A stretch of 64,000 bases of DNA. Origin: Octopus sinensis. Lineage: Eukaryota. Position 1 is the first letter of the stretch. The number at the start of each line of letters is the position of its first letter. Below, piece after piece: positions 1 through 12,919 of the stretch. The stretch is from positions 24,986,001 through 25,050,000 of the forward strand of contig NC_043007.1 of assembly GCF_006345805.1 (NCBI RefSeq), given 5' to 3'. The position numbers and the translations under genes were made by a program. Under the pieces are notes generated by a model. That model was given only the letters and a program-made list of their open reading frames with translations. It did no database searches and had not been told where the DNA came from.

Positions 1-315
1 TGGTCCAGGAATTGAAATTGCAATCTTAGGATTAGGAGTCCAACACCCTAACCACTAAGCCACACAACTGCACTTGAAGGGACAGGACCAATGTGAAACA
101 AATATTTTTGTGCAAGAACACAAAGCATCGCCCCGTCCAGGAATTGAAATCACAATCTTAGGATTATGAGCCCAAAACCCTAACCACTCAGTTTTGTGCT
201 TCTACTTGACATAGACTGGAGCAATGTGAAATAAAGTGATTCAGTTGTGGTAATAATTACTGTTATTAATACTACTCACAGTAAGGTAGTGAGCTAGCAG
301 AATCATTAGAGTGAA

Positions 316-930
316 GGCGGCGAGCTGGCAGAAACGGTACCACGAAGGGCGAAATGCTTAGCGGTATTTCGTCTGCCGTTACGTTATGAGTTCAAATTCC
401 GCCGAGGTCGACTTTGCCTTTCATCCTTTCGGGGTCGATAAATTAAGTACCAGTTATGCACTGGGATCGATGTATTCGACTTAATACCTATGTCTGTCCT
501 TGTTTGTCCCCTCTGTGTTTAGCCCCTTGTGGGTAATAAAGAAATAGGTATTTCGTCTGCTGCTATGTTCTGAGCTCGAATTCCGCCGAGGTCAACTTTG
601 CCTTTCATCCTTCCGGGGTCGATTAAGTAAGTACCAGTTATGCATTGGGGTCGATATAATCTATTTCTTTATTGCCCACAGGGGGCTAAACATAGAGGGG
701 ACAAACAAGAACAGACAAAGGGATTAAGTCAATTACATCGACCCCAGTGCGTAACTGGTACTTATTTAATCGACCCCGAAAGGATGAAAGGCAAAGTCGA
801 CCTCGGCGGAATTTGAACTCAGAAAGTAGCGGCAGACGAAATACGGCTACACATTTCGCCCGGCGTGCTAACAGTTCTATCCTTGTTTGTCCCCTCTGTG
901 TGTAGCCCTTGTGGGCAGTAAAGAAATAAG
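316..930. mobile_element. Nested cluster of short tRNA-derived SINE family B (~240 bp)
   Basis: Plus copy 316-548, tandem partial 549-660, minus copy 661-877, resumed tail 878-930. Other copies at about 8547-8778, 18440-18665, 40022-40430, with relics near 19800-20000, 22080-22240, 38370-38540, 50500-50700. Confidence 0.8.
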
Positions 931-3321
931 AAGCATTAGAGTGCTGGCCGAAATGCTTAGCGGTATTTCCCTCGTTGTTATGTTGTGAGTTTAAATTCTA
1001 CCAAGGTCAACTTTACCTTTCATCCTTTCGGGGGTCAATAAAAATAAGTACCAGTCGAACACTGGGATTGATGTAATCGACTAATCCCCTCCCCCAAAAT
1101 TACTGCAGTTGTGGCAAAATTTGAAACCATTATTACCAACCACACTTATTTCCATCATCTTACCAACCAGTCAAAAAAGAGGCTCTGGAAGGGTATTTAA
1201 ATATGGCTGACTCTTGATCAACAAGATTCACGACTACAACAAATAATGCTGGATACCATACCTCTGTTCTTAGAAGAGTAAAACCTATCTATCGCTAACC
1301 ATTTCCAATCTTCTTATTCAATAATCTCACCAGTTCAATAACCAGAATTACTACATTGGTCAAGAACACAATGCATTGTCTGGACCAGGAATTGAAATGG
1401 AAATCTTAGGATTGTAAGCACAACACCATAACCACTAAGCTATGAGTTTCCACTTGAGTGAACTGGAGCAATGTGAAATAAAGTGTTTTGCTCAGAAACA
1501 CAACGCGTCACTTGGTCCAGGAATCGAAATCGCAATCTTAGGATCTTGAATCCAACACTCTAACCACTAAGCCATGCACCTCCACAGCAAAACAGAAAGT
1601 TTAAAAAGCAAAAAGCCAACATAAGCAACCCTCTTTCAAAACAAGCAAGTGAACTCTGAACTAAAGCAGGGGTTCCCAAATTCAAATAAATTTATATCCT
1701 CACACCTGGGGTAAATTTGATGATTCTGGCTTTTTCTTTATTTTCCGAGTTGAAATGTTGCCAAAGTCAACTTTCTCTTTCATCCTTTCAGAGGCAATAA
1801 AATAAGTACCAGTTGTGCACTGGGGTAATATAATTGGCTAGTCTCCTAGTTTATTTTCTGTCTTATATTTGATAAAAGGAAGCTTTCCCGAAACTAATAG
1901 AAGCATTAAACAAGCTATGTAGAGTGAAACATTATCTTGTCTTTGTCATTACTTTGAGGTCATATTAAAAATATTTGTGTATACACACACACACACACGC
2001 ATGTATATGTATATGTATAAGTATATATATGTGTATATATGTATACATGTCATCATCAGCATCATTATCATTTAACATCTACTTGCCATGCTGGCATGGG
2101 TTGGATGGTTGGACAAGAAATGGCAAGCCAGAAGACTCTATTAAGTTCTATTGTCTGTTTTGATATGGTTTCTACAGCTGGATGCCCTTCCTAACATGTG
2201 TGTATGTGTGTCCATAGAGGGAGATGGATGGATGGATGGATGGATGGATGGATGGACGGACGGACGGACGGACAGACAGACGGACAGACAGACGGACAGA
2301 CAGACAGATAGATAGGCAGACAGGACGGAGAGATGTAAATATGCATATATCTTTTATTGAAATACCTATTAGCAGAGAATATAAGAATTAAAGAGTTAAC
2401 AGAAAGATTGGTGCTTTATGAAAGAATTCCCTTGTTAATATTTGTCCTACATTGAATCGAAGCAGACCTGTTCACCAACGACACAACTGCTCACATTTTG
2501 AGATATGAGATGAAGAAAAGAAGAGATATCGAGTGATATCATTGCAAGCAGTAATTTGATTAAAGTTTTGCTAAATACTAACGAGCTACTGGCCTCAATA
2601 TAATCAGCTATATGTCCCTCACCTGAATAATATTAGTGGTATTGAACATATGCTAAAAATCCTTATTGTAATGTGTCTCGATATAATGGAACAAGATGAA
2701 GAATATCGATCGATATCCACCAGAGCACGAATAAAATATCCAATAGATAGTCTATTGAGATATTGATTGATTTTTATTGCTAGTAGTAATTGGGATTAAG
2801 AGTGGCTAAGTACAAAAGTGGGATACATACTTTGTTAATTTAGATGCAAGCTAACTGTGAAATGTGGTGAGTTGGTGAAATATTTATCATACAATCCAGA
2901 CAAAAGAATCGGCAATCTTCAAAGATGGAATTGTGAATTATTTATTCATCACGTAACAGTGTCCAGTATTTTCTGCTTCTGGGATGGACATAACACTGTC
3001 AGTACACGTACACACACACACACATGGAAGCACACATGGAAACACACTGACAAATATATTAACATATACACATGAATAAGCACCATATATGATCACTGAG
3101 ACACCACAACACTTGCATGCATACGCAAAAACACAAACACACACATGTAAAAAAAAAAACACGTTCATGAATATATTAATACACATGCATAATCACCACA
3201 GACAATCAGATACACTGATGCAAAACACACACACACACACACGTAACTCAGAGAGATGACATAATGTTATTTATATATGTATGTGTGTATAAATTCATCT
3301 GAAGCATACAGAGGGGATTAA

Positions 3322-3704
3322 GGAGGCGCATTGGCCCAGTGGTTAGGGCAGCGGACTCGCGGTCATAGGATCGCAGTTTCGATTCCCAGACCGGGCGTTG
3401 TGAGTATTTATTGAGCGAAAACACCTAAAAGCTCCACGAGGCTCCGGCAGGGGATGGTGGTGATCCCTGCTGTACTCATTCACCACAACTTTCTCTCACT
3501 CTTACTTCCTGTTTCTGTTGTACCTGTATTTCAAAGGGCCGACCTTGTCACTCTCTGTGTCACGCTGAATATCCCCGAGAACTACGTTAAGGGTACACGT
3601 GTCTGTGGAGTGCTCAGCCACTTACATGTTAATTTCACGAGCAGGCTGTTCTGTTGATTCGGATCAACCGGAATCCTCGTCGTCGTAACCAATGGAGTGC
3701 TTCC
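3322..3704 (+). mobile_element. tRNA-derived SINE, family C (~385 bp)
   Basis: Box A TGGCCCAGTGG and box B GTTTCGATTCC; near-identical inverted copy at 7071-7455. Confidence 0.85.
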
Positions 3705-3825
3705 ACAGAGGATATTACACATAAATGAAAACAGAAAAGACTCCACACACTTACAATACAAAACTGTATTGAGTAGTCATGTTTTTAAACCACAGCATAA
3801 ACAAGAACTACATATGTACATACCT

Positions 3826-4075
3826 GTGGAGGCGCAATAGCGCAGCGGACTCACGGTCGGAGGATTGCAGTTTCAATTCCCAGACCAGGTTTTGTGTGTG
3901 TTTGTTGAGCGAAAACACCTAAAAGCTCCACGAGGCTCTAGCAGGGGGTAATGGCAACCCCTGTCATACTCTTTCGCCCCAACTTTCCTGTTTCTTGAGT
4001 AATGCTGCGATGGACTGGCGTCCCGTCCAGCTGGGGGGGAACACATACACCACAGAAACCGGGAAACTGGGCCCA
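3826..4075 (+). mobile_element. SINE with a family C head and a different tail
   Basis: Same head as 3322; 3' part GGAAACTGGGCCCATGAGCC shared with the minus-strand SINE at 56808-57090. Confidence 0.7.
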
Positions 4076-4379
4076 TGAGCCTGGCTAGGCTTGAAAAGGG
4101 CACATAAATAAAAACAATAACATATGTATATATATGAAAGAGAGGGAGAGAAAGAGAAAAAGAAAAGAGAGAGAAAGAGAAAAGAGACAGAGGGAGAGAA
4201 TCTGTATGTGTTAATTTGTGTTACTACATACACAAGGATTACACATAAATTAACAAGGATTCAGCACATTTCCAATATAAATTGTACTGAGCACATCCAT
4301 GCTGGCACCATATATAAAACACCCATGCTGGTCCTATATATAAAGCACAAAAGCACCTTTGTGCCAGTGCCATGTTTAA

Positions 4380-5465
4380 CCCTTTCGTTACCAAACCGCC
4401 CAAAGCCGCCCGAAAAAAGTTTTGGTTAATGTGACCAAACCGCCCAAAGCCGCCCGAATTTACCTATTCATATTTAAATGAGAATATCAGAGCAAATCTC
4501 TTTAGTACATTCGTGAAAACACGTATTATACTTCGTAAACAGTTCAACTACAGTTTTGTACAATAATCGAAGAGTAATTTTAATTCCGTGAATTTTGGGA
4601 GATTTTTTTCCGAAATTTGTTCCTATTGTGTTTTCAAAATTTGTAATTCTGACAAAAAATGGATACGAATTTCATTATATCAAGCAGCGAGTCAGAATTC
4701 GAAGGATTTTCTACTGAAGACCTTCATAAATCTAACTCTATGACTGAAAAAAAAAAGCATGTGGTATTTGATAATGAATCTGATGTTTCATTTTCCGAAA
4801 GTGAAAACTGTGAATCCGAGATCTCCGACAGCGATAAAGAAAATGAATTGGCACCTGAATGGAGTGAAAATTTAAAAACTGTTTCTTTCGGTGACTTTTC
4901 TGAAGAAACTGGACCAAGCCACTGACTTTCCCAGGAGAGTAAAGCCTTAGACTATTTCTTTTTACTTTTTCGAATGAGCCTATTTGAAATCATTACGGCG
5001 GAAACGAACCATTACGCTAAACGTAAACAAAGCGAAAGAAACGATAGTTTGTGGTTTCCCACAACCTTAAATGAAATTAAGACTATTTTGCTATAAATAT
5101 TATTATGGGTATCAGAAAGTTACCTAGAATAACAAATTCTATCGTAAAATTTTCTTGTATACCCAATTGAATATTAGCTAATAACCCATTTTCTATAGCG
5201 ATGTTTGAACAAAATTTTAATAATTTTATATTTTGTTGAATTTACCTGTATCTACCTGCAATTAGAGTCACTTTGTGACAAAAATTATAGTATAGAATTG
5301 GTTGAGAATATTTCATTAAATTATCTTCCAAAAATCAGTTTAATATATCGATAAATAAAAAAGTTATAGTTGCTTAATGAAACCAGACTAAATTTATGAT
5401 TACGTTAGAAATTAATTGAAACACATAAGGGGTGTAATTTGGTCAGAAATATAGTAACGAAAGGG
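4380..5465 (+). mobile_element. piggyBac internal-deletion derivative (1,086 bp)
   Basis: TTAA on both sides (4376-79, 5466-69); 12-bp TIR CCCTTTCGTTAC; subterminal 24-bp direct repeat; acidic N-terminus then LDYFFLLF, IITAETNHYA, WFPTTLNEIK, IIMGIRKLP with stops and frameshifts. Confidence 0.9.
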
Positions 5466-6725
5466 TTAAAGCACCTATATTGGGACCACAAGGAAAGCAC
5501 CCAACAAACTAATAAACTATGTAAAGTGGTTGGTGTTAAGAAGGGCAGCCAGTTGTGGAAACCAAGCCAAAACAAATCAGAGCCTGGACAGCTCTCCAGC
5601 CGGACAGCTCCAGTCACACCACCTAATCCTCCTTACCAACATGGAAAATGGACATTAAATGACAATGATGATGATGATAAGCAAGAATATGTGTATATAA
5701 GAGAGAAAGAGAGAGTTAGAGTGTGTGTGTGTGTGTGTTTAATACATCAAAATCTGACAGTTTATTTGACACACACTAAGAGCACCATCCGAGTGTGATC
5801 ATTGCCAGAGCAGCTAACTGGCTTCTGTGCCAGTGGCACGTAAAAAGCACCATTTGAGCGTGGTCGTTACCAGCGTCGCCTTACTGGCACTTGTGTCGGT
5901 GGCACGTAAAAAAACATTCGAGTAAGGCCACGTAAAAAACACCATTTGAGCGTGGCTGTTGCCAGTACCGCCTGACTGACCCTCATGCCGGTGGCATGTA
6001 AAAGCACCCGCTACACTCTCGGAGTGGTTGGCGTTAGGAAGGGCATCCAGCTGTAGAAACTCTGCCAGATCAAGACTGGAGCCTGGTGCAGCCATCTGGT
6101 TTGCCAGTCCTCAGTCAAATTGTCCAACCCATGCTAGCATGGAAAGCGGACGTTAAACGATGATGATGATGATGAATCAGTTAGTTACCAGATGAAACAC
6201 AAGTAGACTGTCGTTTTCTTCCTATAATAAATGTGTCTTCACACTCTAATCCTTGTATTGAGTTCAATATCAGATAATGTTTGCTTGTGGTAAGTAAATG
6301 TTAGGGGATACATTTGGCTGTTGCAGCATGTGCAGTTTCTTACAGAGACAAAAGTGACAGCTGTGTGCATGAAGTGAATAGTAGATGCTTTGTTGAGAAT
6401 GTTCCAGGTTATAGGTTGAAAAGAAAATAAAAAATGCAAACTGACACAACTTTCTCATGAAGCACCCACATGGCCAATTGCTATAATCAAATCTCTTGCC
6501 AACTCAGAGGATTCTTTCCTTCCTGGGCAGTTGTCTGTAAGGTGACTCTTAACTCATTTGATGGTATTTGTAAGGACTTACAACAACTGATTTCAAGAGT
6601 AGGTTTACCCAGCACATGCACTCCTTCAGGCCCAGAGACAAGAAACACCCCACCACCACCACCACCAACATCACTTCAGTTGCTGCTACAACTACTTTTA
6701 GAGCTACTGCTGCTACAATAGAAAC

Positions 6726-6747
6726 AACAACAACAACAACAACAACA

Positions 6748-6818
<71 letters not shown>
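6726..6818. repeat. (CAA)n then (CTA)n microsatellite about 40 bp from the donor of exon 6860-6981
   Basis: Read directly. Confidence 0.95.
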
Positions 6819-6859
6819 AGTGAAAAATGAATGAGGTTGAAGCAAAACATAGAACCAAC

Positions 6860-6981
6860 TTTCTCTCTGACTTCTGCCATTTAACAATAACAGTGAAGAG
6901 TCTGACAAATGGATCGAGGAGTGTCGTGATTTCATCAATGTCTGGATAATGAGTCAGTGGGTACTTGTATAGTACTTCTTC
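6860..6981 (-). CDS. DNAH12: Dynein heavy chain exon (122 nt, phase 0 to 2; last in window)
   Basis: tttttacag|GAAGAA ... AGAAA|gttggt; EEVLYKYPLTHYPDIDEITTLLDPFVRLFTVIVKWQKSER(K); the expected next WMDG exon was not found in 1-6859. Confidence 0.9.
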
Positions 6982-7070
6982 CTGTAAAAAGCAAAAGAAG
7001 AAGGCAATAAAAACCAAGGGAGGTAAAACTGTATCACACAGACAAGTAAGGGAAATGGTTAGTTCACATT

Positions 7071-7455
7071 GAAAGCACTCTGTCGGTTACGACGACGAGG
7101 GTTCCGGTTGATCCGAATCAACGGAACAGCCAGCTCGTGAAATTAACGTGTAAGTGGCTGAGCACTCCACAGACACGTGCACCCTTAACATAGTTCTCAG
7201 GGATATTCAGCGTGACACAGAGAGTGACAAGGCCGGCCCCTTGAAATACAGGTACAACAGAAACAGGAAGTAAGAGTGAGAGAAAGTTGTGGTGAAAGAG
7301 TACAGCAGGGATCACCACCATCCCCTGCCGGAGCCTCGTGGAGCTTTTAGGTGTTTTCGCTCAATAAACACTCACAACGCCCGGTCTGGGAATCGAAACC
7401 GCGATCCTATGACTGCGAGTCTGCTGCCCTAACCACTGGGCCATTGCGCCTCCAC
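7071..7455 (-). mobile_element. tRNA-derived SINE, family C
   Basis: Reverse complement of 3322-3704; 12-bp TSD TTAGTTCACATT (7059-70, 7456-67). Confidence 0.88.
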
Positions 7456-8939
7456 TTAGTTCACATTACTCCATAGGGAGCATGAAGCTGGTTTCCCTGT
7501 CTCTCTGGTGTATATATTCCTCCCAAGATAAGATGCTGATCTGTTACAGAATTATCCATTTTTAACAGCTGAGGGAACTGGAATAATGTGAAATGAAGGG
7601 TTTTGTTTAAGAATATAATGCATTGCTCAGTCCAGAAATTGAAACCACAATCTTACAATCATGAGTTCAACATTCTAACCACTAAGCCACGGTAAGGGGC
7701 AATAAAATTATTGCTGTGTTGGACAAAATGCCTTGTGGTATTTAGTTATGTCCCTTTAGATCACTAACCATCATCATTGTTTGACCGTGGTCGAGACAAT
7801 GGAATTTACTATGTTATGCCAGACTTCACGGCCCATCATAGCATTATGGAGGTCCTGTTGCTGGATGCCTGTATTCCTGGAGATCAGTAATGGACAAACT
7901 GCAGCCATGGAACTTTCTGAATGGCATACCTAATGAAAAATTACCTTGACTTTTTTTTTTTTAGTAATGCAGCCCACCTGATGATGAGCCATGGCTCCTC
8001 CAGCCTGCTTTAGCCTGGTTGCTCATGCCTGCTTTAGATTCGGAACTTAAATCGTGCTGATTCTAGCTTTACCTTCCATGTTTTATCCAAGTTGATAAAA
8101 TTAAGTACTAGTGATATACTGATGTCATTTTAATTATTTGCAACCTCCCTCATATAAACTCTCCTTATATGGTCAAGCAATTATACAGAGGTGGCCTTTA
8201 AATGGCCATATGACCTGCTAGAAGTAACAACCAAAATTTTCTCCAGCCTTGTCTTTTGAAGAACAATAAAATGATATACTAAATTAGTAGTTCTCAACCA
8301 GTTTTGGGTTTTGGGTCATTTTTGGCCCAAAACATTTCTTTCCATATATCTGTTTTTCACCACTTTCCCCCTCTCATCCCGTATCTATCTCCCCATCAGT
8401 CTACAGCACTTTCTTTAGTGCATGTCTTTCCATTTTCTTCTGCCCCTCTGTTACCCTTGTCTTCAGTACATGTTTCTGTAGGTCTTCTGTCTTTCTCTGC
8501 TTTCTATACATCTCTTCTTACACTTGCCTCTTTTTGAATGCATATCTCTTCATGAGCTGGCAGAAACGTGAGCACGCCAGGCGAAATGCGTAGCCGTATT
8601 TCGTCTGTTGTTACGTTCCGAGTTCAAATTCCGCCAAGGTCGAATCTGCCTTTCATCCTTTCGGGGTCGATAAGTTAAGTACCAATTACGCACTGGGGTC
8701 AATGTTATCGACTTAATCCCTTTGTCTGTCCTTGTTTGTCCCCTCTGTGTTTAGCCCCTTGTGGGTAGTAAAGAAATATATCTACAGCATGTATTTTTCT
8801 ATATGTATGCCACTCCTGTCCCCTATGCTCTCTCATCCTCCATTTACTTCCCATAAATCAAATGACAGCCAGCCTACTGTTCTGATCCAACAACTTTTGT
8901 TGTTTACTTATTCAGCTCAGTCACTCTGTCTGTCAATCT

Positions 8940-9170
8940 CTCCCTCTCTCTCAAACTTGTATGCCCCTCCCTCTCTCTCAAACTTGTATGCCCCTCCCTC
9001 TCTCTCAAAACTTGTATGCCCCTCCCTCTCTCCCAAACTTGTATGCCCCTCCCTCTCTCTCTCAAACTTGTATGCCCCTTCCTCTCTCTCAAACTTCTAT
9101 GCCCGTCCCTCTCTCTCAAACTTCTATGCCCTCCTTCTCTCAAACTTGTATGCCCCTCCCTCTCTCTCTT
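8940..9170. repeat. ~28-bp minisatellite (CTCTCTCTCAAACTTGTATGCCCCTCC), 8 units
   Basis: Eight AAACTT cores; about 55 bp from the donor of exon 9226-9432. Confidence 0.9.
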
Positions 9171-9225
9171 TATTCCCCTCTAGTTTCATTCCTTTACATC
9201 ATACATCAAACAGTGTCGAACCTAC

Positions 9226-9432
9226 CTTGTTGATCCAAGTAACTTGTGTTCTTGCTTCGTTCAACCGTTTCTGTACTGCAGCACCGTCTTTGATGTATTG
9301 CTGCATCATGTCAAGTTCACCAAAATCATTGAATTCATCAACACGGTGCCTCAACTTTACCAATTCCAATACCAACTTCTCTCGGCGTTCTAGCAATATC
9401 TTCTCTCCTCTCTGCTTATAGAAGTCCATCAA
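9226..9432 (-). CDS. DNAH12: Dynein heavy chain exon (207 nt, phase 0 to 0)
   Basis: polyT-ttgaag|TTGATG ... AACAAG|gtaggt; LMDFYKQRGEKILLERREKLVLELVKLRHRVDEFNDFGELDMMQQYIKDGAAVQKRLNEARTQVTWINK. Confidence 0.93.
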
Positions 9433-10204
9433 CTTCAAAAAGAAAAAAAAAAAAGGTGATCATCTCTTCATTATTAGCAACGTATTATTTTCATTACTAA
9501 CAACATATTACCATCAAGTCACTGAATACTGGGTGTTTGAATACATATTCAATGACCATAAAGTTTGTTAATTCCTTTATGTTTGTTAACAGCCAAAAAA
9601 ATAGGTGACCATTTTTTTCGTTATTAACATGTTACCATCAAACCACTGAATACTGCTGGTGGCACATGAAAAAAACATTTGAGCAAGGTCGTTGCCAGTG
9701 CCGCTGGAATGGCTCCTGTGCAGGTGGCATGTAAAAAGCACCATTTGAGTGTGGCCGTTGCCAGTACCGCCTCACTGGCCCTCATGCCGATGGCACATAA
9801 ACGCACCCACTACACTCTCAGAGTGGTTGGTGTTAGGAAGGGCATCCAGCTGTAGAAACTCTGCCAGATCAGATTGGAGCCTGGTGCAGCCATCTGGTTC
9901 ACCAGCCCTCAGTCAAAACGTCCAACCCATGCTAGCATGGAAAGCGGACATTAAACGATGATGATGATGATGATGATGATCCAATGGCACTAATGTTTGT
10001 TAATTCCTATCTTCATAACAGCAGTTGGATGACAACAAAAGAATAGGTGCAGGTATGATTGTGTGTCTAGAACTCATTTTGCAACCATGTGGTTTCTGGT
10101 TCAATCCCACGGCATGGCATCTTGGGCAAGAATCTTCTAATACAGCCTCAGGTCAATCAATGGCTTGTGAATTTGATAGAGAAAAACAGTGTGGAAGCCT
10201 GTTG

Positions 10205-10206
10205 TA

Positions 10207-10269
<63 letters not shown>

Positions 10270-10630
10270 TATATATCTGCCTCTGTATATGTATATATGT
10301 ATATTTATATATATATCAAGCCTAACTGTATTTATCTCCACCATTATGATTGTATGTACGTATGTATGTATGTATGTATGATGTATGTATGTATGTATGT
10401 ATGTATGTATGTGTGTATGTATGTATGTATGTATGTATGTATGATGATGTATGTATGTATGTATGTATGTGTGTATATGTGTGTGTATGCATGTATGTAT
10501 GTGTGTGTATGTGTGTGTGTATGTGTGTGTGTATGTGTGTATATGTGTGTGTATGCATGTATGTATGTGTGTGTGTGTGTGTGTGTGTTGTGTGTGTGTG
10601 TATGTCTGTCTGTCCATGCATGCATGCATA
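10205..10630. repeat. (TA)n, (TATG)n and (TG)n microsatellite field
   Basis: Read directly; source of MYVC/HTHI ORFs. Confidence 0.95.
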
Positions 10631-10789
10631 CATACAGTGTGGACTGGATGCTTTTAAAGTGGCAGCTGCACTGGAAGTAAAGAAATCTTTGAATGAAGAA
10701 GGAGCATTGAAGGAGGTGATCTTGTGTCAGACAATGAAAGGTTAGAGTATAACAAAAAGCCAGAAATAGATGTCTTGTCATAGAGGAGG

Positions 10790-10802
10790 TACATGGTCAC
10801 TC

Positions 10803-10848
<46 letters not shown>

Positions 10849-11201
10849 GATGAAAAAGGTAACAAGAAAGAGGACAGACATAGGTGTGCTGATGTAAAGG
10901 AGACACTTGGTTACCTAGTCAGAAAGAAGAGAAAGAGAGGAATCAAGAATGAGGAGAGAAACAGGTATCTTGCTGTAGAGGAGGTACATGGTTACCCAGC
11001 CAGAGAGGAAGAGAGAGAGTGAGAGAGAGAGAGAGAAAGGGATGAAAGAGGTAACAAGAAAGAGGACAGACATAGGTGTGCTGATGTAAAGGAGACACTT
11101 GGTTACCTAGTCAGAAAGAAGAGAAAGAGAGGAATCAAGAATGAGGAGAGAAACAGGTATCTTGCTGTAGAGGAGGTACATGGTTACCCAGCCAGAGAGG
11201 A

Positions 11202-11225
<24 letters not shown>
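10790..11225. repeat. Direct tandem duplication, 192-bp period, purine-rich with (GA)n
   Basis: GAGAAAGGGATGAAA at 10841 and 11033; copies nearly identical. Confidence 0.9.
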
Positions 11226-11232
<7 letters not shown>

Positions 11233-11326
11233 GAGAGAAATGTTGGCTAAAATATTTCACTAGTTACTCAATGTTTAAGGCTCTAATAATTGTTGAATTT
11301 AAAGGTACTCTGAAACTACAACTCAC

Positions 11327-11446
11327 ATCTTCATCGAAAGCTGCATTAATGTTCTCGGGCCACGTAAGGACTATGGCATTCAGCTCAATGTCTTCTTCTG
11401 GGAATTGGTAATTATCAACCAGGTATGATAGTCTCTTCTGAATTTC
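11327..11446 (-). CDS. DNAH12: Dynein heavy chain exon (120 nt, phase 0 to 0)
   Basis: ttttcaag|GAAATT ... GAAGAT|gtgagt; EIQKRLSYLVDNYQFPEEDIELNAIVLTWPENINAAFDED. Confidence 0.92.
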
Positions 11447-12273
11447 CTTGAAAAGAACAAGTGAAAAAATAAGGAAAAACCTTATAAAGTAGCAAACAGT
11501 TAAAGAGTATAAATGAGTATTTATAAAGTATTTTTTTTAAAAAAACAGTTATAACTTGCTTTGCAGTCATGTTGTTTCAGGTTCAGTCCCACTGCATGGC
11601 ACCTTGGGCAAGTATCTCCTACAATTGCACAGGGCCAACCAATGTCTTATGAGTGAATTTAGTAGATGGACACAGTGGAAGTCTATCATATGATGATGAT
11701 GATGATCATCATCATCTAATATCTGATTTCCATGCTGGACAGTTTGACAGGAGCTGACCAGCTGAAGGGATGTTCAGGCTCCATGTCTGTTTTGGCATGG
11801 TTTCTACAGCTTGATGCCCTTCCTAATGCCAACCACTCCACAGGGTGTACTGGGTGTTGTTATGCAGTACCAGCATGGGTGCTTTTTATATGGCACCAGT
11901 ACTTTTGAGCCCACAAAATTAGGGATGCTCAGCTGGAGAGGGTTGCAAGGGACAAGCCTGTATGCAAGAGCAACCACACTTTTACTTGACATGCCTTTTC
12001 AAGCACAGGCAGACTTTATTGTATCAACCCCAAGAGTATGAATGGCAAAGTTGATGTCGAGAGGATTTGAAATCAGAATGTAAACGAAGACAGACACTTA
12101 GAACTAATCAAGGAAACTTACAGATATATTATTACTCTAAAGGTAATTGTCCTCTCTCAATTGTGTTTCCCTGACCACATAAATGGTCACTAGCTCCATG
12201 AGATGAGGTTTCTTATCCACAATAAGCACAAAGATACTCTCAAGCCACTTGCCATATATTTTACTGTAGACTA

Positions 12274-12776
12274 CCGTAAATCGTCAAGTATAATCCGTAT
12301 TTTTTTCCCAAAATTTAAAGGTCAAAATCCTAGTGCATACTATATACGAGGTTAAAAATGAAAAATATTTTCTAAGCAATGTCTGAGTCTCTATTTGTTG
12401 TCTGGCAATGTTTATTCAGATGCATTTTGTGATATCGGGCGCGAAAACACCTTAAGATAAGCCTGAAAGCAATGAAGTCATAAAAGAATCATTCATAACT
12501 TGCAGTAAGCAACATTTTTTAAACATTATTTCTTTATTTTCTGCAAACAAAATGCACAAAAAAGCTACATGTTTGTATTATGTTATAATATACAATAATA
12601 ATAAAGAACATTACCGTATACATTTTTACAAACCAAAGGACGTTATATAGACCTCCTTACTCAAGTTAGAGAAGGGGTGCGTATTATACACAAGGTTTAG
12701 GTTTTTCAGAGGTACGGCCCCCTAAAAATCCCCTGCGTATTATACTCAAGAGCAGACTATACTTGAGGATTTACGG
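12274..12776. mobile_element. Tc2/pogo-type MITE (503 bp)
   Basis: TA TSD; ~22-bp TIR CCGTAAATC(G/C)TCAAGTATA(A/G)TC; no coding capacity. Confidence 0.8.
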
Positions 12777-12783
12777 TACTTAC

Positions 12784-12919
12784 TTCGATGTGTAAGCCCA
12801 GGTTTGTCAGTCCAGCAGACTGAGTATATTCCACAAAATTAATCATGTCCATTAATTCTTCACTGGTTTCTGGCTCTTTCTCAGCTCTCTGCTTGATATG
12901 TTCGAATTCCTGGCAAATC
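12784..12919 (-). CDS. DNAH12: Dynein heavy chain exon (136 nt, phase 2 to 0)
   Basis: ctgcag|GATT ... ATCGAA|gtaagt; ICQEFEHIKQRAEKEPETSEELMDMINFVEYTQSAGLTNLGLHIE. Confidence 0.92.

Noticed and set aside
1180-1265. WYP-containing minus-strand frame as a possible dynein exon
   Set aside because: Wrong position in the collinear order and the surrounding residues do not match; the real WYP exon is 44582-44690.
2225-2260. (GATG)n reading WMDG, the expected start of the next dynein exon
   Set aside because: Wrong strand and plainly a microsatellite; the next exon is probably beyond position 1.
3322-3400. tRNA gene-like sequence
   Set aside because: Box A/B head of a SINE that continues into a repeated body; no complete cloverleaf with a terminator.
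8732-9421. 229-aa plus-strand ORF
   Set aside because: Made of the 28-bp minisatellite plus the antisense of a true dynein exon.
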